This document shows positions 19,199 to 20,715 of a stretch of 20,715 nt of DNA, one piece after another. The notes below the pieces were generated by a model. The model was not told where the DNA came from, ran no database searches, and was given only the letters and a program-made list of their open reading frames with translations. Both the position numbers and the translations under genes were made by a program. Numbering within the stretch: position 1 is the first letter of the stretch; every line of letters begins with the position of its first letter. Source of the DNA: Nitrospirota bacterium (GTDB lineage: Bacteria; JACPQY01); assembly GCA_016180645.1 (NCBI GenBank), contig JACPAV010000014.1, forward strand, positions 62,001 to 82,715, written 5' to 3'.

Positions 19199-19896
19199 GA
19201 AAAGATGGGAAGAATGAGAATAATGTGAGTGATGGAAAACATTCTGCCCATTTCTCCCATCCTTCCCATCACTCCGATGAGCCCGACCGGCTGCTCCCTC
19301 CGCGCGGCGACTACCAGACGCTGCTGTCGTTCCAGAAGGCCGAAGTGGTTTACGACCTCACATTCCGCTTTGCCCACAAGTATCTCTCCAGAGGCGACCG
19401 CACCATCGACCAGATGATCCAGTCCGCGCGGTCGGGAAAGAAAAACATTCTGGAGGGCAGCAAGGCCGCGCTCACTTCCAAGGAAACCGAGATCAAGCTC
19501 ACCAACGTCGCCCGCGCCAGCCTGGAGGAATTGCTGGATGACTACAAAGACTACCTCCGCGCCCGCGACCTCAAGATTTGGGACAAGGATTCCAAGGAAG
19601 CCCAGTACGTCCGCAGTCTGGGCCGCAAAACGCCGCAGACCTACGAGGACTACCGTGAGTTCGTGGAGTCCCGCCCGCCCGAAGTCATCGCCAACATCGC
19701 CCTCTGCCTCATCCACCAGACTAATTACCTGATTGACCAACAGCTCCGCCGTTTGGAGAAAGACTTTCTCGAACAGGGCGGCCTGCGCGAGCGCATGACC
19801 CGTGCCCGCTTGCGGTATCGGAATAGGAATTCTGCGCCATACGAGTCCCAGGATGGGCATAGGCCGCCGCCCAGGAAACCCGGAGGCCGGCCATGA
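19195..19896 (+). CDS. Four-helix-bundle protein (23S rRNA IVP/Avd-like fold) with four-helix-bundle suffix domain
   Basis: 'GDY..L.SFQKA..VYD.T..F', 'RTIDQMIQSARSGKKNILEGS', 'KLTNVARASLEELL.DY.DYLR', suffix 'LIDQQLRRLEKDFLEQGGLRERMTRAR'. Confidence 0.88.
   Translation: MRKDGKNENNVSDGKHSAHFSHPSHHSDEPDRLLPPRGDYQTLLSFQKAEVVYDLTFRFAHKYLSRGDRTIDQMIQSARSGKKNILEGSKAALTSKETEIKLTNVARASLEELLDDYKDYLRARDLKIWDKDSKEAQYVRSLGRKTPQTYEDYREFVESRPPEVIANIALCLIHQTNYLIDQQLRRLEKDFLEQGGLRERMTRARLRYRNRNSAPYESQDGHRPPPRKPGGRP
19205..19276. repeat. Inverted array of 9-nt units at the 5' end of the four-helix-bundle gene
   Basis: ATGGGAAGA ATGAGAATA ATGTGAGTG ATG-GAAAA-CATTCTGCC CATTTCTCC CATCCTTCC CATCACTCC. Confidence 0.75.
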
Positions 19897-19927
19897 CTCC
19901 CATCCGTCCCATCATTCCCATTTTGCC
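19892..19927 (+). repeat. 9-nt tandem array at the 3' end of the four-helix-bundle gene
   Basis: CATGACTCC CATCCGTCC CATCATTCC CATTTTGCC, the same unit as 19240-19275. Confidence 0.75.
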
Positions 19928-19970
19928 CCCAATCGCGGAGGTGCGGGGGAATATCAAGGCGCTGATATGA
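19893..19970 (+). CDS. 25-aa mini-ORF ending in an HsdM-like tail (MTPIRPIIPILPPIAEVRGNIKALI)
   Basis: GGAGG at 19882-19886; ATG overlaps the four-helix-bundle stop; TGA overlaps the hsdS ATG; AEVRGNIKALI aligns with HsdM AEVLSKIRGML. Translation is inferred. Confidence 0.5.
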   Translation: MTPIRPIIPILPPIAEVRGNIKALI

Positions 19971-20668
19971 AGAAGGGGTGGGAAGTCAAAGAACTCGCAG
20001 CGGTGTCTGCCATTAACTACGGCTACACGGAAAGCGCAACTAGCGAGCCAGTCGGCCCTCGATTTCTCCGCATAACCGACATTCAAGACGACCGGGTCGA
20101 TTGGGGAAGCGTGCCCTACTGCAAAATCGAATCAGCGGACCTTCCCAAATACCGCCTTGCCAGTGGAGACATAGTTTTTGCGCGAACAGGTGCAACGACA
20201 GGCAAAAGCTTCCTCGTGTCCCATCCGCCCAATGCGGTATTCGCATCATATTTGATTCGTTTACGGTTGTTCGACAAGAAACTGTTGCCCGAGTTCGTGT
20301 CGTTCTTCTTCCAAACCGACGGTTACTGGAAGTCGATTGAGGATGGTTCAGCCGGTAGCGCACAAGGCGGCTTCAACGCGACCAAGCTTGGCGCTCTCAC
20401 CATCCCCGTCCCCCCGCTTCCCGAACAGCGGCGGATCGTCGGCATTCTCGACGAAGCGTTTGAGGGCATCGCCACCGCCAAGGCCAATACCGAAAAGAAC
20501 CTCGAAAACGCCCGCGCCCTATTCGAAAGCCACCTTCAATCCGTCTTCACCCGGCGCGGCAAGGGGTGGATTGATGCGAAGTTGGGTGATGTCTGCCACA
20601 AAATCACAGACGGCACTCGGAGCTTACCCCCATCGTTTGGACAGATTTCAGCCAAAGTTAAGCTATAG
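19967..20668 (+). CDS. hsdS: Type I R-M specificity subunit, truncated after the first TRD and central conserved region (233 aa; possible pseudogene)
   Basis: 'MKKGWEVKEL', 'FLRITDIQ', 'GDIVFARTGATTGKS', 'FASYLIR', conserved helix 'PVPPLPEQRRIVGILDEAF'; the second repeat starts 'W...KLGDVC.KITDGT' and then stops; all three forward frames close before 20691. Confidence 0.88.
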   Translation: MKKGWEVKELAAVSAINYGYTESATSEPVGPRFLRITDIQDDRVDWGSVPYCKIESADLPKYRLASGDIVFARTGATTGKSFLVSHPPNAVFASYLIRLRLFDKKLLPEFVSFFFQTDGYWKSIEDGSAGSAQGGFNATKLGALTIPVPPLPEQRRIVGILDEAFEGIATAKANTEKNLENARALFESHLQSVFTRRGKGWIDAKLGDVCHKITDGTRSLPPSFGQISAKVKL

Positions 20669-20715
20669 GAATTCTTTGTCAAGTTCTTGATTTCTTGGTC
20701 CCCCGCCTTCCTGGG

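Noticed and set aside
17007-19860. Long alternative-frame and antisense ORFs (e.g. 17007..17843 +, 17260..18186 -, 18423..19133 -, 19099..19860 -), and similar ones across the window
   Set aside because: Shadow ORFs expected from high-GC codon bias over well-supported genes; no recognisable motifs.
19195-19896. Diversity-generating retroelement suggested by the Avd-like fold
   Set aside because: No reverse transcriptase and no template/variable repeat pair with adenine-specific mismatches; the hsdM-tail mismatches are not A-biased.
19205-19927. CRISPR array suggested by periodic repeats
   Set aside because: Units are 9 nt, directly adjacent, with no spacers and no cas genes.
19802-19966. 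N-terminal extension of HsdS in the ORF track (start 19802)
   Set aside because: It overlaps the four-helix-bundle gene and its repeats; HsdS-like sequence begins at ATG 19967 (MKKGW).

Overview
GC-rich bacterial window with two zones. Zone 1 (1-15.6 kb) is core genome. It holds a 5'-partial Ig-like/LamG/Kelch protein, an ACT-domain malic enzyme, an amidase, pcm, a secreted hypothetical protein, a SAM methyltransferase, a sucC-sucD-korA-korB operon and a secreted double-START protein. Small palindromic repeats are scattered through it (GTAG-type REP doublets and two MITE-like shells), and several sit in frame inside housekeeping genes (pcm, sucC, sucD, korB). Five genes have sigma70-like promoters only 7-9 nt before the start codon. 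Zone 2 (15.6-20.7 kb) is an accessory/defence patch: a HEPN-like gene ending in an attC-like hairpin, then a type I R-M locus. The most striking structure is the hsdM-hsdS junction. A Bro-N gene and a repeat-flanked four-helix-bundle gene lie between them, each followed by a 25-26 aa mini-ORF carrying a diverged copy of the HsdM C-terminal tail. All six ORFs are chained by five consecutive ATGA stop/start overlaps, ending in a half-size (single-TRD) hsdS. All family assignments come from motif recognition by eye, not database searches.
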